Positions 14,474 to 24,466 of a stretch of DNA of 64,000 nucleotides are shown piece by piece. Position numbers and translations under genes: made by a program. Numbering within the stretch: the first letter of the stretch is position 1; every line of letters starts with the position of its first letter. Source of the stretch: an uncultured Acidimicrobiaceae bacterium (GTDB taxonomy: Bacteria; Actinomycetota; Acidimicrobiia; Acidimicrobiales; RAAP-2); the NCBI GenBank assembly GCA_963704425.1, contig OY969907.1, positions 17,553-81,552 of the forward strand. Reading direction: 5' to 3'. The notes beneath the pieces were generated by a model. It saw nothing but the letters and a program-made list of their open reading frames with translations, was not told the DNA's origin and made no database searches.

Positions 14474-16018
14474 GTGGAAAAGAAGTGGTGGACACTTTTA
14501 GTTGTCTGTGCGGCAACGTTCATGCTCTTGCTCGACGTCACGATCGTTATCGTGGCGCTCCCCGAGATTCAACGCGGTCTGCACGCGAGTTTCTCTGATG
14601 TTCAGTGGGTGATCGACGCCTACGCCCTGACGCTCGCCTCGCTCCTTCTCACCGCCGGTACCCTCGCCGACCGTTACGGCCGTCGTCTGCTCTTCATCAT
14701 TGGACTCAGCGTCTTCACCTTGGGGTCTCTGTTGTGCGGCTTCGCTCAATCGCCACTCATGCTCACGCTCTCTCGGAGTGCTCAAGGAGTGGGCGGAGCC
14801 ATTCTGTTCGCAACCTCGCTCGCCCTACTGGCTCACAGTTTCCGCGGAAAGGATCGCGGCGTGGCCTTTGGCGTATGGGGAGCGATCACCGGTGTCGCCG
14901 TTGCGCTCGGACCCATTCTCGGAGGGGTCATCACCACGGGAATCAGCTGGCGAGGGATCTTTCTTGTCAACATTCCCTTTGGCATTGCCGCCATCGTCAT
15001 TACGGTAATGAAAGTCGACGAGTCGCGCACCCCCCAGGCGTCGACACCGGACTGGGCGGGATTCGCCCTTTTGACCCTCGGTCTGGTCACTCTGGTGTAC
15101 GGGCTCATTCGAGCAAGCGAAACGACGTGGGGCAACGTCGGCGTCATCGTCTGCCTGGTGGCGGCTGCCCTCTTACTCATCGCCTTCGTCTTCCAAGAGC
15201 GCCATAGCGACCACCCGATGTTCGACCTCGGCCTCTTTCGCATTCCCACTTTCTCTGGAGGCCTGGCCGCCGCCTTCGCCATGAACGGCTCGCTGTTCTC
15301 CATGCTGCTTTACATCGTCCTCTATCTCCAGAACGATCTCGGCTACTCGGCGCTCGCCACCGGCGCTCGCCTACTCGTCACCAGTGGAGGCACCCTCGTC
15401 GCGGCCACCGTCGCGGGGCGTCTGAGCAGTCACATGCCCGTTCGTTGGCTGATCGGCCCCGGTCTAGCCCTCGTCGGAGTGGGACTTTTTCTCATGTCGG
15501 GTATCAACGCCGCCACCTCCTGGACCCACCTCATCCCGGGCTTCATCGTGGCGGGCGTCGGAGCGGGAATGGTCAACCCACCTCTCGCCTCAACCGCCGT
15601 GGGAGTGGTGACACCTGATCGATCGGGCATGGCCTCGGGGGTTAACACGACCTTTCGCCAAATCGGTATCGCCGTCGGTATCGCCGTCTACGCGACCATA
15701 TTTTCAACCGAGTTACAAAAAGGACTCTCTCGCTCCCTCGACAAAGTGAAAGCGGTGGGCAATACAGCGGTCTCCTGGAACCTTCATCAGGTGGTGACCT
15801 TGGTGAAAGAAGGTCAAGCCTCTGAGGTCATCAGAGCCACCCCGGCGGCAATTCGCCCCCAGTTGATTCACGCCCTCCAGACCAGTTTTACGGGTTCCCT
15901 CAACGATCTCTTCGTGGTGAGTGGCGCCCTCGCCCTCGTGGGGGCTGTTTTTGCAATGGTCTTTATCCGCCCTAAGGACTTCGTCACCCAGCAACAAGCA
16001 GCACCTCCGTCCCACTAA
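14474..16018 (+). CDS. MFS DHA2 (EmrB/QacA) efflux transporter
   Basis: LLDVTIV, WVIDAY, GTLADRYGRR, WRGIFLVNIP. Confidence 0.93.
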   Translation: MEKKWWTLLVVCAATFMLLLDVTIVIVALPEIQRGLHASFSDVQWVIDAYALTLASLLLTAGTLADRYGRRLLFIIGLSVFTLGSLLCGFAQSPLMLTLSRSAQGVGGAILFATSLALLAHSFRGKDRGVAFGVWGAITGVAVALGPILGGVITTGISWRGIFLVNIPFGIAAIVITVMKVDESRTPQASTPDWAGFALLTLGLVTLVYGLIRASETTWGNVGVIVCLVAAALLLIAFVFQERHSDHPMFDLGLFRIPTFSGGLAAAFAMNGSLFSMLLYIVLYLQNDLGYSALATGARLLVTSGGTLVAATVAGRLSSHMPVRWLIGPGLALVGVGLFLMSGINAATSWTHLIPGFIVAGVGAGMVNPPLASTAVGVVTPDRSGMASGVNTTFRQIGIAVGIAVYATIFSTELQKGLSRSLDKVKAVGNTAVSWNLHQVVTLVKEGQASEVIRATPAAIRPQLIHALQTSFTGSLNDLFVVSGALALVGAVFAMVFIRPKDFVTQQQAAPPSH

Positions 16019-16082
16019 CGAGGTTCACCCCGTTTGGTGGAGCAGTTGTTAGTGTCACGCCAGCACGCTCAAGGAGAACGAC

Positions 16083-16475
16083 ATGACCAAGTGGGACGAT
16101 GTGCCAAAGCAGCTGGCTGCTATCACCCTTTTCGTCGATGACCTCGAGACAACGAAACGGTTCTACGAAGACGTCTTCAACCTTCCCGTTCACTGGAGCG
16201 ACGAGAATTCGGCCGTTTTTCTTTTCGGTGACACCATGATCAATCTCCTCCACTCAAGTGAAGCGCCGACACTGATCGAACCTGCGGTGGTGGCTCCCTC
16301 GTCAAGCGGATCACGATTTCAATTCACCCTCGGCGTCGACGATGTTGACGCGAACTGTGAGGAACTCCATCGGCGAGGCGTCACTCTCCTCAGCGGCCCA
16401 GTGGATCGGCCCTGGGGCATTCGAACAGCAAGTTTCATGGACCCGGGAGGGCACATCTGGGAGATCGCCCATTAG
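16083..16475 (+). CDS. VOC / glyoxalase family protein
   Basis: ITLFVDDL..RFY, PVDRPWGIRTASFMDPGGHIWEI. Confidence 0.9.
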   Translation: MTKWDDVPKQLAAITLFVDDLETTKRFYEDVFNLPVHWSDENSAVFLFGDTMINLLHSSEAPTLIEPAVVAPSSSGSRFQFTLGVDDVDANCEELHRRGVTLLSGPVDRPWGIRTASFMDPGGHIWEIAH

Positions 16476-16507
16476 CTGATCGCCCCGTCAACTCACTGAT
16501 CGTGCGC

Positions 16508-16753
16508 CTAGCGAGCCCCTGTCGTTCGGCGAGCCATCTTCAGTTGGTCTGCGCCCTTGTCGGTGACGCCGACCACGAGACCTTCGCCCTCCATCATCGA
16601 TCGTTTGATGAAGCCTCGTTCGTTGGCCTCTTCCCAGACCGGCAGTTTCGGACACGAGGTGCGCCACGCATCCATGACCTCCGTGTAAGGGCGTGGGATA
16701 GGGCCTAGCCACTCCAAAAGGTCCCAAATCAGATCGTCAACGTTGTTACTCAT
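16508..16753 (-). CDS. Small hypothetical protein
   Basis: DLLEWLG..RPYTEVMDAWRTSCPKLPVWEEA looks like a conserved small protein. Confidence 0.65.
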   Translation of the reverse strand: MSNNVDDLIWDLLEWLGPIPRPYTEVMDAWRTSCPKLPVWEEANERGFIKRSMMEGEGLVVGVTDKGADQLKMARRTTGAR

Positions 16754-16860
16754 CGCAGTTCCACTCGTCAGCGTAATCGCACGACCTGGATTACCCTGCT
16801 TGTCTCGCACATCAATGCGATGTTCTAAAGTCCTTTGAGACCCGTCCCTAAAGGAGTTCC

Positions 16861-17331
16861 GTGACGAATCCTCCACCATCGTCGACCGACATTTCGTCGC
16901 TACCCCGGGTTGACCAAGACGCTATCGGCATCACCCTTCTTTCGCTCATGGCTGGATTTCGTGAGCGCGATGCCGGCAAACTGGTGAACGTCTACAGCGA
17001 CGACGCAGACTGGGTCAATGCCTTCGGCACCGAAAAGCATGGCTCCGCACAAATACTCGAGTACTTACGGGGGCTCTTTGCCGACGCCAACTTCGACGCC
17101 GGAACCCTCAAGGCGCCACCGGACGTCAAAATTCGCGTTCTAACGTCGAGCGTGGTCTTGGTATCGGCCCACCTTCAAGTCGAGGGCCAGAAGACGACGG
17201 ACGGTGGCACCATTGAGCTTCGCGACAACTTTTCTCTGCGCGTTCTCTTCCGCGAGTCAAGCGGAGAGTGGAAGATTGTTTCCGAGATGTACAACGACGC
17301 CAACCAGGAGCGCACGTACGAGGCTCACTGA
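16861..17331 (+). CDS. NTF2-like (SgcJ/EcaC, DUF4440) protein
   Basis: YSDDADWVNAFG...WKIV; AAGGAG RBS. Confidence 0.8.
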   Translation: MTNPPPSSTDISSLPRVDQDAIGITLLSLMAGFRERDAGKLVNVYSDDADWVNAFGTEKHGSAQILEYLRGLFADANFDAGTLKAPPDVKIRVLTSSVVLVSAHLQVEGQKTTDGGTIELRDNFSLRVLFRESSGEWKIVSEMYNDANQERTYEAH

Positions 17332-17388
17332 ACACGACGGTGTCACTGTCGGCCAGCGGGCCCTACGTTGCTCGATTACGGGTTGGCC

Positions 17389-17661
17389 CTAACTGTGGCC
17401 GACGTGCCACTTGGCGCAGGTGTCACATTTATAGACGCCCATGGGCGCACCATCGCGCGCCGATAGTTTTTGCGCCTGCGTTTCTGCCTCACTTCGACTC
17501 ACGTACCCCTTTTTTGGTTGTCCCCTCTGATTCGTGTGAGCTCGAGATCCACGTTTGAGCGACGTTCCTTTGTTTCGATTTTCATCGCCGTATCGACCCG
17601 ACCAGTAGAAAACCAGTGAGACCAGAGCTGCCAGAATGACAAGTACGACGACGACGGTCAC
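17389..17661 (-). CDS. Small membrane-anchored protein with CxxCxxxH motif
   Basis: N-terminal TM; YKCDTCAKWHVGH. Confidence 0.55.
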   Translation of the reverse strand: MTVVVVLVILAALVSLVFYWSGRYGDENRNKGTSLKRGSRAHTNQRGQPKKGYVSRSEAETQAQKLSARDGAPMGVYKCDTCAKWHVGHS

Positions 17662-17766
17662 GATGCAGGAGCCTAGGTCGCGGCTCGATGCACGTTGTCT
17701 CCTACATGATGGGAACGGGTAACTGCCGCTCGGTGGGCGAAGCGGTCCACCGATAGCGTCGGTGGC

Positions 17767-18309
17767 GTGAGTAAAAGCCCGTATGACAAGCCGTCACGGA
17801 TAGACCTTCAGAAGATCGTGGCGGCATCACTGCTGGCCATCCTTGTCATCGGCGGCATTGCGTTTTACGTAAACCAGCACCAGCAGAAGATCGAACACCT
17901 TGCGCAATTACTTCGACAGATGCGGCCCTGGTGTTCTCAGCACCATTTGGGAGAACCAACGATCGACTCGAGTCGCGTTAGCCTCACCGCACTCGCCCAG
18001 TCACAGCCACCGCGATGGGAAGTGGCCGACGATTCGGCGGTGGCCTTCTGTTCGCGAACTTCACAACCCGCACAACTGTTCGTTCTGACATTCTCAAGTT
18101 CGAATAGCGAAAACTTGTGGCTGAGTAAAGACGACGGGGGGCAGTACTACCTCAAAGGTGACAGCATCCCCCTCCCCGTCTTTGTGGGCCTTGGATGGGT
18201 GGCGGTCCTGGGTTCACACTCCCGTCGCGAAGACAGCGAGATCGCCTCCCTCTCGAAACTCTTCAAGGTCGACTATCGGTTCAGCGATTTCAGTTCAGTC
18301 AGTTGGTAG
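17767..18309 (+). CDS. Hypothetical membrane-anchored protein
   Basis: 180-aa ORF with a single N-terminal TM. Confidence 0.55.
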   Translation: MSKSPYDKPSRIDLQKIVAASLLAILVIGGIAFYVNQHQQKIEHLAQLLRQMRPWCSQHHLGEPTIDSSRVSLTALAQSQPPRWEVADDSAVAFCSRTSQPAQLFVLTFSSSNSENLWLSKDDGGQYYLKGDSIPLPVFVGLGWVAVLGSHSRREDSEIASLSKLFKVDYRFSDFSSVSW

Positions 18310-18468
18310 TCGCGTCGCCGAAAGTGCCAATGGCGACATCGCCAACGTCCTTTGTGCTAGGTGGCCGTATTCGTAATCACCGTGAGGAAGCACCTCGTGT
18401 GGCGGTCCCCAGAGGATCGACCATGTATCGTTCACTTGTCAAGGCATCGTTGGAGGAGAAGAGGATTC

Positions 18469-19092
18469 GTGACCGATAACACTCACTGGCCCCGACGGGG
18501 GCGTTCTACTTCGATGCGCGCGATCATTGCGGGCACCGCGAGCGTGGCGACTCTTTTGTCGATACCGACGATCGCCTCCGCGGTGTCGCCTCCGACCAGC
18601 GTGGCGCCGGCGGTCACCCTCGCGCCGCGGGCCTCGTCGATCTGCAGCAACGTGAGCGCCGCCGCGATCTCCTCGATCGTGGGCTACAAGGTTCCCGCGG
18701 GAACCGCGAGCGTCTTCAAGGTGAAGGCAACGAAAGCGAATTTTGGCATTTCCGGTGTCGACACGGTGTGTACGTACGGGGAAGAGACGTCAATGGCAGC
18801 ACTTTTGAAGGATGTGTCGCTGACCTACGAGGTCCTTTCTAAGCCGATCACCCTGGCCGAAATTGAACAAGAGACCAAGGCCGACTCCAAGGGAAGTGTC
18901 AAGTACACGTTCGTGCCGTACACCGGCCTCGGGGTTCCCGCTTTCTATTTCTCTTTGACCGAGGCGGGCATCACCGGGCAAGGTATCTCTGGCGCCGAGA
19001 ATGGGTCGCACTACTTCGGGGCGAGCGTGGAGTCCAAAACGATTTCGAAATCGTCGCTCGCGGCTCTCGCCAAGCTCGCCGAAAAGCTGTAA
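18469..19092 (+). CDS. Secreted hypothetical protein (DUF3558-like)
   Basis: Signal peptide, two Cys (ICSNV, VCTYG); start uncertain. Confidence 0.6.
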   Translation: MTDNTHWPRRGRSTSMRAIIAGTASVATLLSIPTIASAVSPPTSVAPAVTLAPRASSICSNVSAAAISSIVGYKVPAGTASVFKVKATKANFGISGVDTVCTYGEETSMAALLKDVSLTYEVLSKPITLAEIEQETKADSKGSVKYTFVPYTGLGVPAFYFSLTEAGITGQGISGAENGSHYFGASVESKTISKSSLAALAKLAEKL

Positions 19093-19134
19093 GCCGCGAG
19101 CCAACTTAGCCAGTCACAGTTCTGTCGGCGCGTA

Positions 19135-19929
19135 CTAATCCAAAGTCAAGCTGATGGGACAGTGGTCGCTGCCCAGAAAATCGGGGTGAATGTCAGCCGC
19201 GACCACCCGGCCGACCAGGCTCTTCGATACCAGAAAATAATCAATGCGCCACCCGACGTTGCGCGCGCGTGCATTAGCGAAATGCGACCACCACGAGTAG
19301 TACCCGTTTCCCTGGTGGAAAAGTCGAAACGTGTCAACAAACCCGGCGTCAAGGAAGTTCTGAAAGCCCTCGCGCTCTTCGTTGGTGAAGCCCTTCTTCC
19401 CCACGTTCGGCTTGGGATTCGCCAAGTCGTCGGGAGTGTGCGCCACGTTGAGGTCTCCGCAGAAGATGACGGGCTTCGTCTTCTCCAGGTCTTTCACGAA
19501 GTGAAGAAAGGCGGGATCCCACTGAGTGTGACGAAGAGTCAATCGTTCGAGATCGTTCTTGGCATTTGGGGTATAAACGGTCACCACAAAGAAATCGGAA
19601 AACTCCGCGGTGAGAACCCGGCCTTCGCTTCGCGGATCTCCGAAGGCGTCGGCGACCACTCCGAACTGATCGCTTGACTGTGTCGGTAGTCCCGACGTGA
19701 CACTCAGCGGTTCGCTCTTCGAAAAGATGGCGGTGCCGGAGTATCCCTTCTTCTCGGCTGAGTTCCAGTGTTCGACGTACCCCGGAGCCTCCACGTCTGA
19801 CTGAGACTGATCGGCCTTCGTTTCTTGGAGGCAGAGAATGTCGGGCTGAAGCTCCACAAGGACGGGCGTGAACAGACCTTTTTTGGACACCGCGCGAATG
19901 CCGTTCACGTTCCAAGAGACCAGTCGCAT
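19135..19929 (-). CDS. xth: Exodeoxyribonuclease III
   Basis: [33 protein letters not shown]. Confidence 0.95.
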   Translation of the reverse strand: MRLVSWNVNGIRAVSKKGLFTPVLVELQPDILCLQETKADQSQSDVEAPGYVEHWNSAEKKGYSGTAIFSKSEPLSVTSGLPTQSSDQFGVVADAFGDPRSEGRVLTAEFSDFFVVTVYTPNAKNDLERLTLRHTQWDPAFLHFVKDLEKTKPVIFCGDLNVAHTPDDLANPKPNVGKKGFTNEEREGFQNFLDAGFVDTFRLFHQGNGYYSWWSHFANARARNVGWRIDYFLVSKSLVGRVVAADIHPDFLGSDHCPISLTLD

Positions 19930-20044
19930 TTACGGAAATGTAGCAAATCGCGCTTCGAGTCGAGGCACAGTGAAGCTGACCAAAGAGTTGACAGCCGCCG
20001 GATGACTCAATCAGGCGAGTTACGATGAGCCTCAGCTCTCGATC

Positions 20045-20581
20045 ATGGACGGCGTCATGAACTATTCGCTTGACTTGGCGTCGCAGGTGCTGCGGCAAAC
20101 GCCACTGACCCTAGAGGCGTTGCTGTCCAACCTCTCCGAGGAGTGGACCTACCAGAGCGAGGGCCCAGGAGCGTGGTCGCCCTACGAGGTCGTGGGGCAC
20201 ATGACATTCATCGAAGAGAGCGACTGGATCGATCGCACACGAATCATTCTTGATCACGGTCTGAGTCGGGTCTTCGAGCCCGTTGATCGCGAGGCGGGCT
20301 TCGAACGATTCAAGGGCCTGAGCCTCCTCCAACTTCTCGAGCGATTTTCTGAGGGGCGAAGCGCGAACCTTCAGTCGCTTAGCGCCCTGGTTTCACCGGA
20401 GAACCTGGGTACGCGCGGCGTCCACCCCGACTTCGGAGAGGTAAGTCTCGAACAGCTTCTCGCCACCTGGGTGGTTCACGATCTCAACCACATAGGTCAA
20501 ATTGTCAAAACGATGGCGAAGCAGTATAAGGAGGCAGTCGGCCCCTGGCGCGAGTATCTTCCCATCATCGACGCGCCCTGA
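20045..20581 (+). CDS. DinB family protein
   Basis: WSPYEVVGH...TWVVHDLNHIGQI. Confidence 0.85.
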   Translation: MDGVMNYSLDLASQVLRQTPLTLEALLSNLSEEWTYQSEGPGAWSPYEVVGHMTFIEESDWIDRTRIILDHGLSRVFEPVDREAGFERFKGLSLLQLLERFSEGRSANLQSLSALVSPENLGTRGVHPDFGEVSLEQLLATWVVHDLNHIGQIVKTMAKQYKEAVGPWREYLPIIDAP

Positions 20582-20682
20582 GGTTCCCCTCTCGGCGCCA
20601 CCATGTCGAGACCGATTGCCGAAGGGGTTCGAACCGGGCATCGGGAAATACGTTCTAGTTACCATTCCCTCGACATCCACAT

Positions 20683-22296
20683 CTATCTGACTTGAAAAGA
20701 CTGCATGGCCCAGCCCTGATTGCACAGCGTGACTCCCTTCGGCATGGGCACGTAGAAGACCGATCCCGGCCCAAACGTGGCGGTCACGCCCTTAACGGAT
20801 TCCTCGCACCCCGATGACGGCGTTTTACCAGGCGAGAAGAATTGCAGCCTGACGGTGGCGGTTCCGCCCCTTGCCGACAGAGTCACATACTCCGCAGCGG
20901 TGCCGTAGTCCCCCATGTACTGTGACGGCCAACCCACCTTGCGTCGTGTGGGCCCGACAACCTTTTGCAATTCGGGCGCGCCGTACAGGTAGCACGCGTG
21001 GTCGGAGTTGTTGGTGAAGTCCAGCAACTCTTTCCAGCCTCCCAAATCTCGCACCCGGTTTGATTCAGAAACACGTACCGTGCTTGCTTTACACACGGGG
21101 TCTCCTCGATAACGCCCGGGCGGCAATCCGGGAAGTACCGCCCATGACGTTCCGTTGAGTGTGCGAAACAGTTGACCATGTAACTCCTCCAACACCGCTC
21201 CCGAAGAGCCGAAGGTGGCGAGCGACTCGGCCGCACCACCGTCATTCATGTCGGGATCTGAATCGAAGGTCCAACGTCGACCACCATCAACGCTGTACTC
21301 AAGTCCTCCGGCCGGGTTGTAGACAGTTCCGTAGATGATCTGATCACTTCTGTCGTAAGAAAGAACGCTGGCGTCCACGCCGGCATTGGTGAGACCGGCA
21401 CCGGTATGGATGTCACGAATGCTCGACCAGTGGGCGCCGCCGTCTGTCGTTTCCCAGAGGCCCCCCGGTCCCTGACTCATGCCTTCGTCCTGCCAGCACG
21501 CAAGGAGCCAACGTGTGCTGGATTCGGCGAGGAGTTGATTCACTTCGATCTTGCCGCAGGGGTTCGGAATCAGTCGCCACGTGGCACCACCGTTGGTGGT
21601 TTCGAGAATGGTCGAGGGGGATCCAAAGTTGTGTCCGTCAACGTATGCGTACGTCGTCGGGCTGATGGCCGTAAGTTCCGGATATAACTGCGACAGTCCT
21701 GCTGGTACCTGAAGGGGCAGTCGGTTTAACTCGTAGGGAGTCGCTGAACCGTCGCGGAAAAGCGACAAGGCTGCGGGGCACTTCCCCTCATCGTTGTGGC
21801 AGAGCGAGGTCACAACCGCCGCCGTTTCGCCCGACACCGCGAACGCCACGTCCACTCCCGGTGCTCGCAGCTTCGTCCAATGCGCGCCGGCGTCCGTCGT
21901 CACCTGAACGTCGCCGCCAGATCCCTCTTGCTCGCCGACGTAGCCCAGGGAAGGTGTGACGAAATCGACGAGTGGCACTTGGTACGGACCTGCTCCTTTT
22001 GTCGGAGGAAGTGGCAGCTCAGGTCCGAGTCGCCAACGAGTTCCCTGGTCCGTCGTGCTCGCCAAGTAGAAAGGTTCGTTGGCGTGCTTCGACCGGCCCT
22101 CGTACGAATTGGACGCGATGCCGTAGCCAAGGGACTGCGTGACAAAATCAACCGCGTCTATCTGGGTGCCCTTCCCCAACGAGACGTTGGTCAGCAACGG
22201 CCACGATTTCGCTGCACCAACAGTGGTTGTCGCGAGAATTGCGAAACCCGCGATCACGACCACCGAAACAGACGCCCGCGCCCACCGTCCCCACAT
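20683..22296 (-). CDS. Secreted BNR/Asp-box beta-propeller protein with C-terminal DUF4232-like domain
   Basis: Signal peptide; repeated TTDxGxxW boxes; FTNNSDHACYLYGAP. Confidence 0.7.
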   Translation of the reverse strand: MWGRWARASVSVVVIAGFAILATTTVGAAKSWPLLTNVSLGKGTQIDAVDFVTQSLGYGIASNSYEGRSKHANEPFYLASTTDQGTRWRLGPELPLPPTKGAGPYQVPLVDFVTPSLGYVGEQEGSGGDVQVTTDAGAHWTKLRAPGVDVAFAVSGETAAVVTSLCHNDEGKCPAALSLFRDGSATPYELNRLPLQVPAGLSQLYPELTAISPTTYAYVDGHNFGSPSTILETTNGGATWRLIPNPCGKIEVNQLLAESSTRWLLACWQDEGMSQGPGGLWETTDGGAHWSSIRDIHTGAGLTNAGVDASVLSYDRSDQIIYGTVYNPAGGLEYSVDGGRRWTFDSDPDMNDGGAAESLATFGSSGAVLEELHGQLFRTLNGTSWAVLPGLPPGRYRGDPVCKASTVRVSESNRVRDLGGWKELLDFTNNSDHACYLYGAPELQKVVGPTRRKVGWPSQYMGDYGTAAEYVTLSARGGTATVRLQFFSPGKTPSSGCEESVKGVTATFGPGSVFYVPMPKGVTLCNQGWAMQSFQVR

Positions 22297-22387
22297 AGTC
22301 GCAAGTCTTCCACCTAGAAGCGCGACCGCGACCTTGCGTCCATCAAACTGCGGCCAGTGTTGTGGGTCTTAGGCGGTTGGAAATTGT

Positions 22388-22403
22388 TGGTGTCGGCGAC
22401 CCG
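22388..22403. repeat. Array site R11 (core only)
   Basis: TGGTGTCGGCGACCCG, 15/16 to consensus start; arm not recognisable. Confidence 0.6.
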
Positions 22404-22682
22404 TCGTCGCTACTCATTGAGATCAGCGACAAAGACATCGAATGCCTCTCGCCCGAGTCCTGGCGTCTGCAGTTGTTCTTGGCCTCGTGCTGATCTCGCT
22501 CTTCAACTGGTGGTGGGCCTACCCGATTGCCGGCTAGATAATCCTTTTCTACGCCGTTCGTGAGGCTCGAGGAGTAGCGCGAACTAGTCGAGCTCATCGA
22601 GCCACTGGCGAACGTCGCGTCAAATGAGTTGCCCTACCCAAACGCGATGGGGTTATGACTCGAACGAGTTGTCCAGCAATGC

Positions 22683-23024
22683 TCACTTTGTTGTGTCGGT
22701 CATATCAGAGAGTGAGGCAGTGTCATCCGCGACGATCCCAAGTCCGTGCGCCGCAACGGAGATCTGACGAGCGAGGGCAACATCCAGTTCGCTCAAAGCA
22801 TGAACTTCGTGCGTGGTGAGTCGTATCGTAACGAACGAATACCGAAGATCAACATCGGGATGATGATTGGCCGCGCCCGCGAGAGATCCGACGACATCAA
22901 CAAATTCAACGCCTCGGTCAAAAGAACCAGTCACAAACTTCGCGCTCGCAACGTTCGCCGTGACGCGCCACTCCTCCACCCCTGGAGAACTGTAAAACTG
23001 CTCGGGCGTAAGCGCTACTGCCAC
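22683..23024 (-). CDS. Pterin-4-alpha-carbinolamine dehydratase (cassette 11)
   Basis: ANHHPDVDLRY..VTIRLTTH...LSELDVALARQIS. Confidence 0.88.
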   Translation of the reverse strand: MAVALTPEQFYSSPGVEEWRVTANVASAKFVTGSFDRGVEFVDVVGSLAGAANHHPDVDLRYSFVTIRLTTHEVHALSELDVALARQISVAAHGLGIVADDTASLSDMTDTTK

Positions 23025-23054
23025 CTCCCAAATCTAAGACCAAGTCTGCGAGGT

Positions 23055-23103
23055 TGGTGTAGAAGACCCGAAGCGTTGCATCAACTGACGGGCCTTGAGG
23101 TTT
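23055..23103. repeat. Array site R10 (degenerate)
   Basis: TGGTGTAGAAGACCCGAAGCGTTGCATC..., about 30/49 to consensus. Confidence 0.7.
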
Positions 23104-23223
23104 TGAGATACGGGTTCAAGCCGCAGATGCGGAGAGCCTCTTAATTAGTGCTAGCCGATCGAAGATCATTGGGCGCAGATGACCTGTAGCTCATTTATTC
23201 AATGGTCGACGCAAAGGGAGGGC

Positions 23224-23742
23224 TTACAAGTCGTTGATGTCCCACTGGTCAACGACGCGCGTCGGCGTCGAAGCGGCACACATACTCGGCGCCGACAGAG
23301 TTCCAATAATGGCGTTCGTCTCGTGCGCCACGATCCTGCCCTTGATGAAGCGTCCGCTGAACGTGGCCGTTCCGTCGAAATCGCTGCTCAAGTCGTTCTG
23401 TGCTGCTGTCGCCACTACTTGGCCCGTGTAAGAGAACGCTCCGCTGGCCGATATCGCTATCGATCGGGGAAAATAAAAACTCAGGGTAGTTTGGACGCCC
23501 GCGGCCTCGGCGGCCGCGCTAGGAGCGCAACTGACGCCTGAGTCATGGGTCCCTCCAATGATGAGTTTGCCGTGGTCTCCGACGAAAAGTTCCACATCGG
23601 CTGTTGTCGTGTCCGTTCCCTTGATTGAGTAGAACCCGTTGACAAAGGGTGGTGCGGTGCGGATCACCGGGGCAGCCTGGGCGGCGGTTGCGAAGATGAA
23701 CTGCACAACCGCGAAGAGCGCGACGCCTCGAAGTATTTTCAT
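23224..23742 (-). CDS. Secreted hypothetical protein (cassette 10)
   Basis: AQA signal peptide; TAAGGT -10 six nt before ATG. Confidence 0.7.
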   Translation of the reverse strand: MKILRGVALFAVVQFIFATAAQAAPVIRTAPPFVNGFYSIKGTDTTTADVELFVGDHGKLIIGGTHDSGVSCAPSAAAEAAGVQTTLSFYFPRSIAISASGAFSYTGQVVATAAQNDLSSDFDGTATFSGRFIKGRIVAHETNAIIGTLSAPSMCAASTPTRVVDQWDINDL

Positions 23743-23862
23743 GCGCTCACCTTACCTACAATGAACGCCTTATCTCGCTTATCCGTAGCGATCACACGGT
23801 TCACCGCGGTAACGACGTTCGTTCTGAGCACCCGTTCGTGCCAGGGATCGCTTTTTTGTGTA

Positions 23863-24342
23863 CTAGCGCGCTCGCTCGAAAACCATCGTCCAGTTCAGGC
23901 GCCAGGTGGCACCCGCATCAAAAGAAAACGACTGCTGCCACTGCGGCATACCTGGGTCACCGACCCACTCGAATCTGACCTTTCCTGGCTTGCCGCTGAG
24001 CATGTCATCGCACTCAAAGACGCCGCGACCGTCAGACATTCGCCCGATCAATGGGGGTTCCAGGACTCCCGGAGAGCGGGTCGAGCTCCACCAAATGCGC
24101 CACGTCGAAGTCACCGAGTCATATAGACGTAGCGTGAACCCCTCGAAGGGGTCGCCACCAGGCATGACGGGCACGTACATCCGGTGGATGTGTCCAAGTC
24201 CCTCGAGAATCGGTGAGGCCTCGTCCGTCGCATCAAAAGTGACCCAGTCCGTGCACTGAGGATCGATGGGATCGACCAACTTGTGATTGTGAACAATCCA
24301 GCGGCCGAAGATGAAGTTGAAATCGTCAGAAGAAGAAGTCAT
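23863..24342 (-). CDS. DUF1579-like conserved hypothetical protein (cassette 10)
   Basis: DFNFIFGRW, GFTLRLYD..WRIWW, WQQSFSFDAGATW..NW. Confidence 0.8.
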   Translation of the reverse strand: MTSSSDDFNFIFGRWIVHNHKLVDPIDPQCTDWVTFDATDEASPILEGLGHIHRMYVPVMPGGDPFEGFTLRLYDSVTSTWRIWWSSTRSPGVLEPPLIGRMSDGRGVFECDDMLSGKPGKVRFEWVGDPGMPQWQQSFSFDAGATWRLNWTMVFERAR

Positions 24343-24396
24343 TTGCGGAAACTAACACCGCCTTGTCACACAGACTTCCGCGCGATCGATTCTGGT

Positions 24397-24445
24397 TAGT
24401 GTCGCACACTCGATGCGACGGATCTGTCGCCGTGCGCTGGCGCTT
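24397..24445. repeat. Array site R9
   Basis: TAGTGTCGCACACTCGATGCGACGGATCTGTCGCCGTGCGCTGGCGCTT, about 34/49, ungapped. Confidence 0.8.
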
Positions 24446-24466
24446 GCCTAGTTAATTGGGTTCCGA

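Noticed and set aside
16013-16054. Hairpin CACTAAC...GTTAGTG after the MFS gene
   Set aside because: Single copy with no U-tract; at most an ordinary terminator or stability hairpin.
20601-20640. CATGTCGAGACCGA core-like word and GGTTCGAACC T-loop-like word
   Set aside because: Needs gaps, has no arm and no cloverleaf; likely chance.
22565-22613. CACTGGCGA match to the distal end of the arm
   Set aside because: Only 9 nt match and there is no core at the expected distance.
23743-23862. Possible extra site between the two genes of unit 10
   Set aside because: Only a weak TTCTGAGCACC similarity; no credible alignment by eye.
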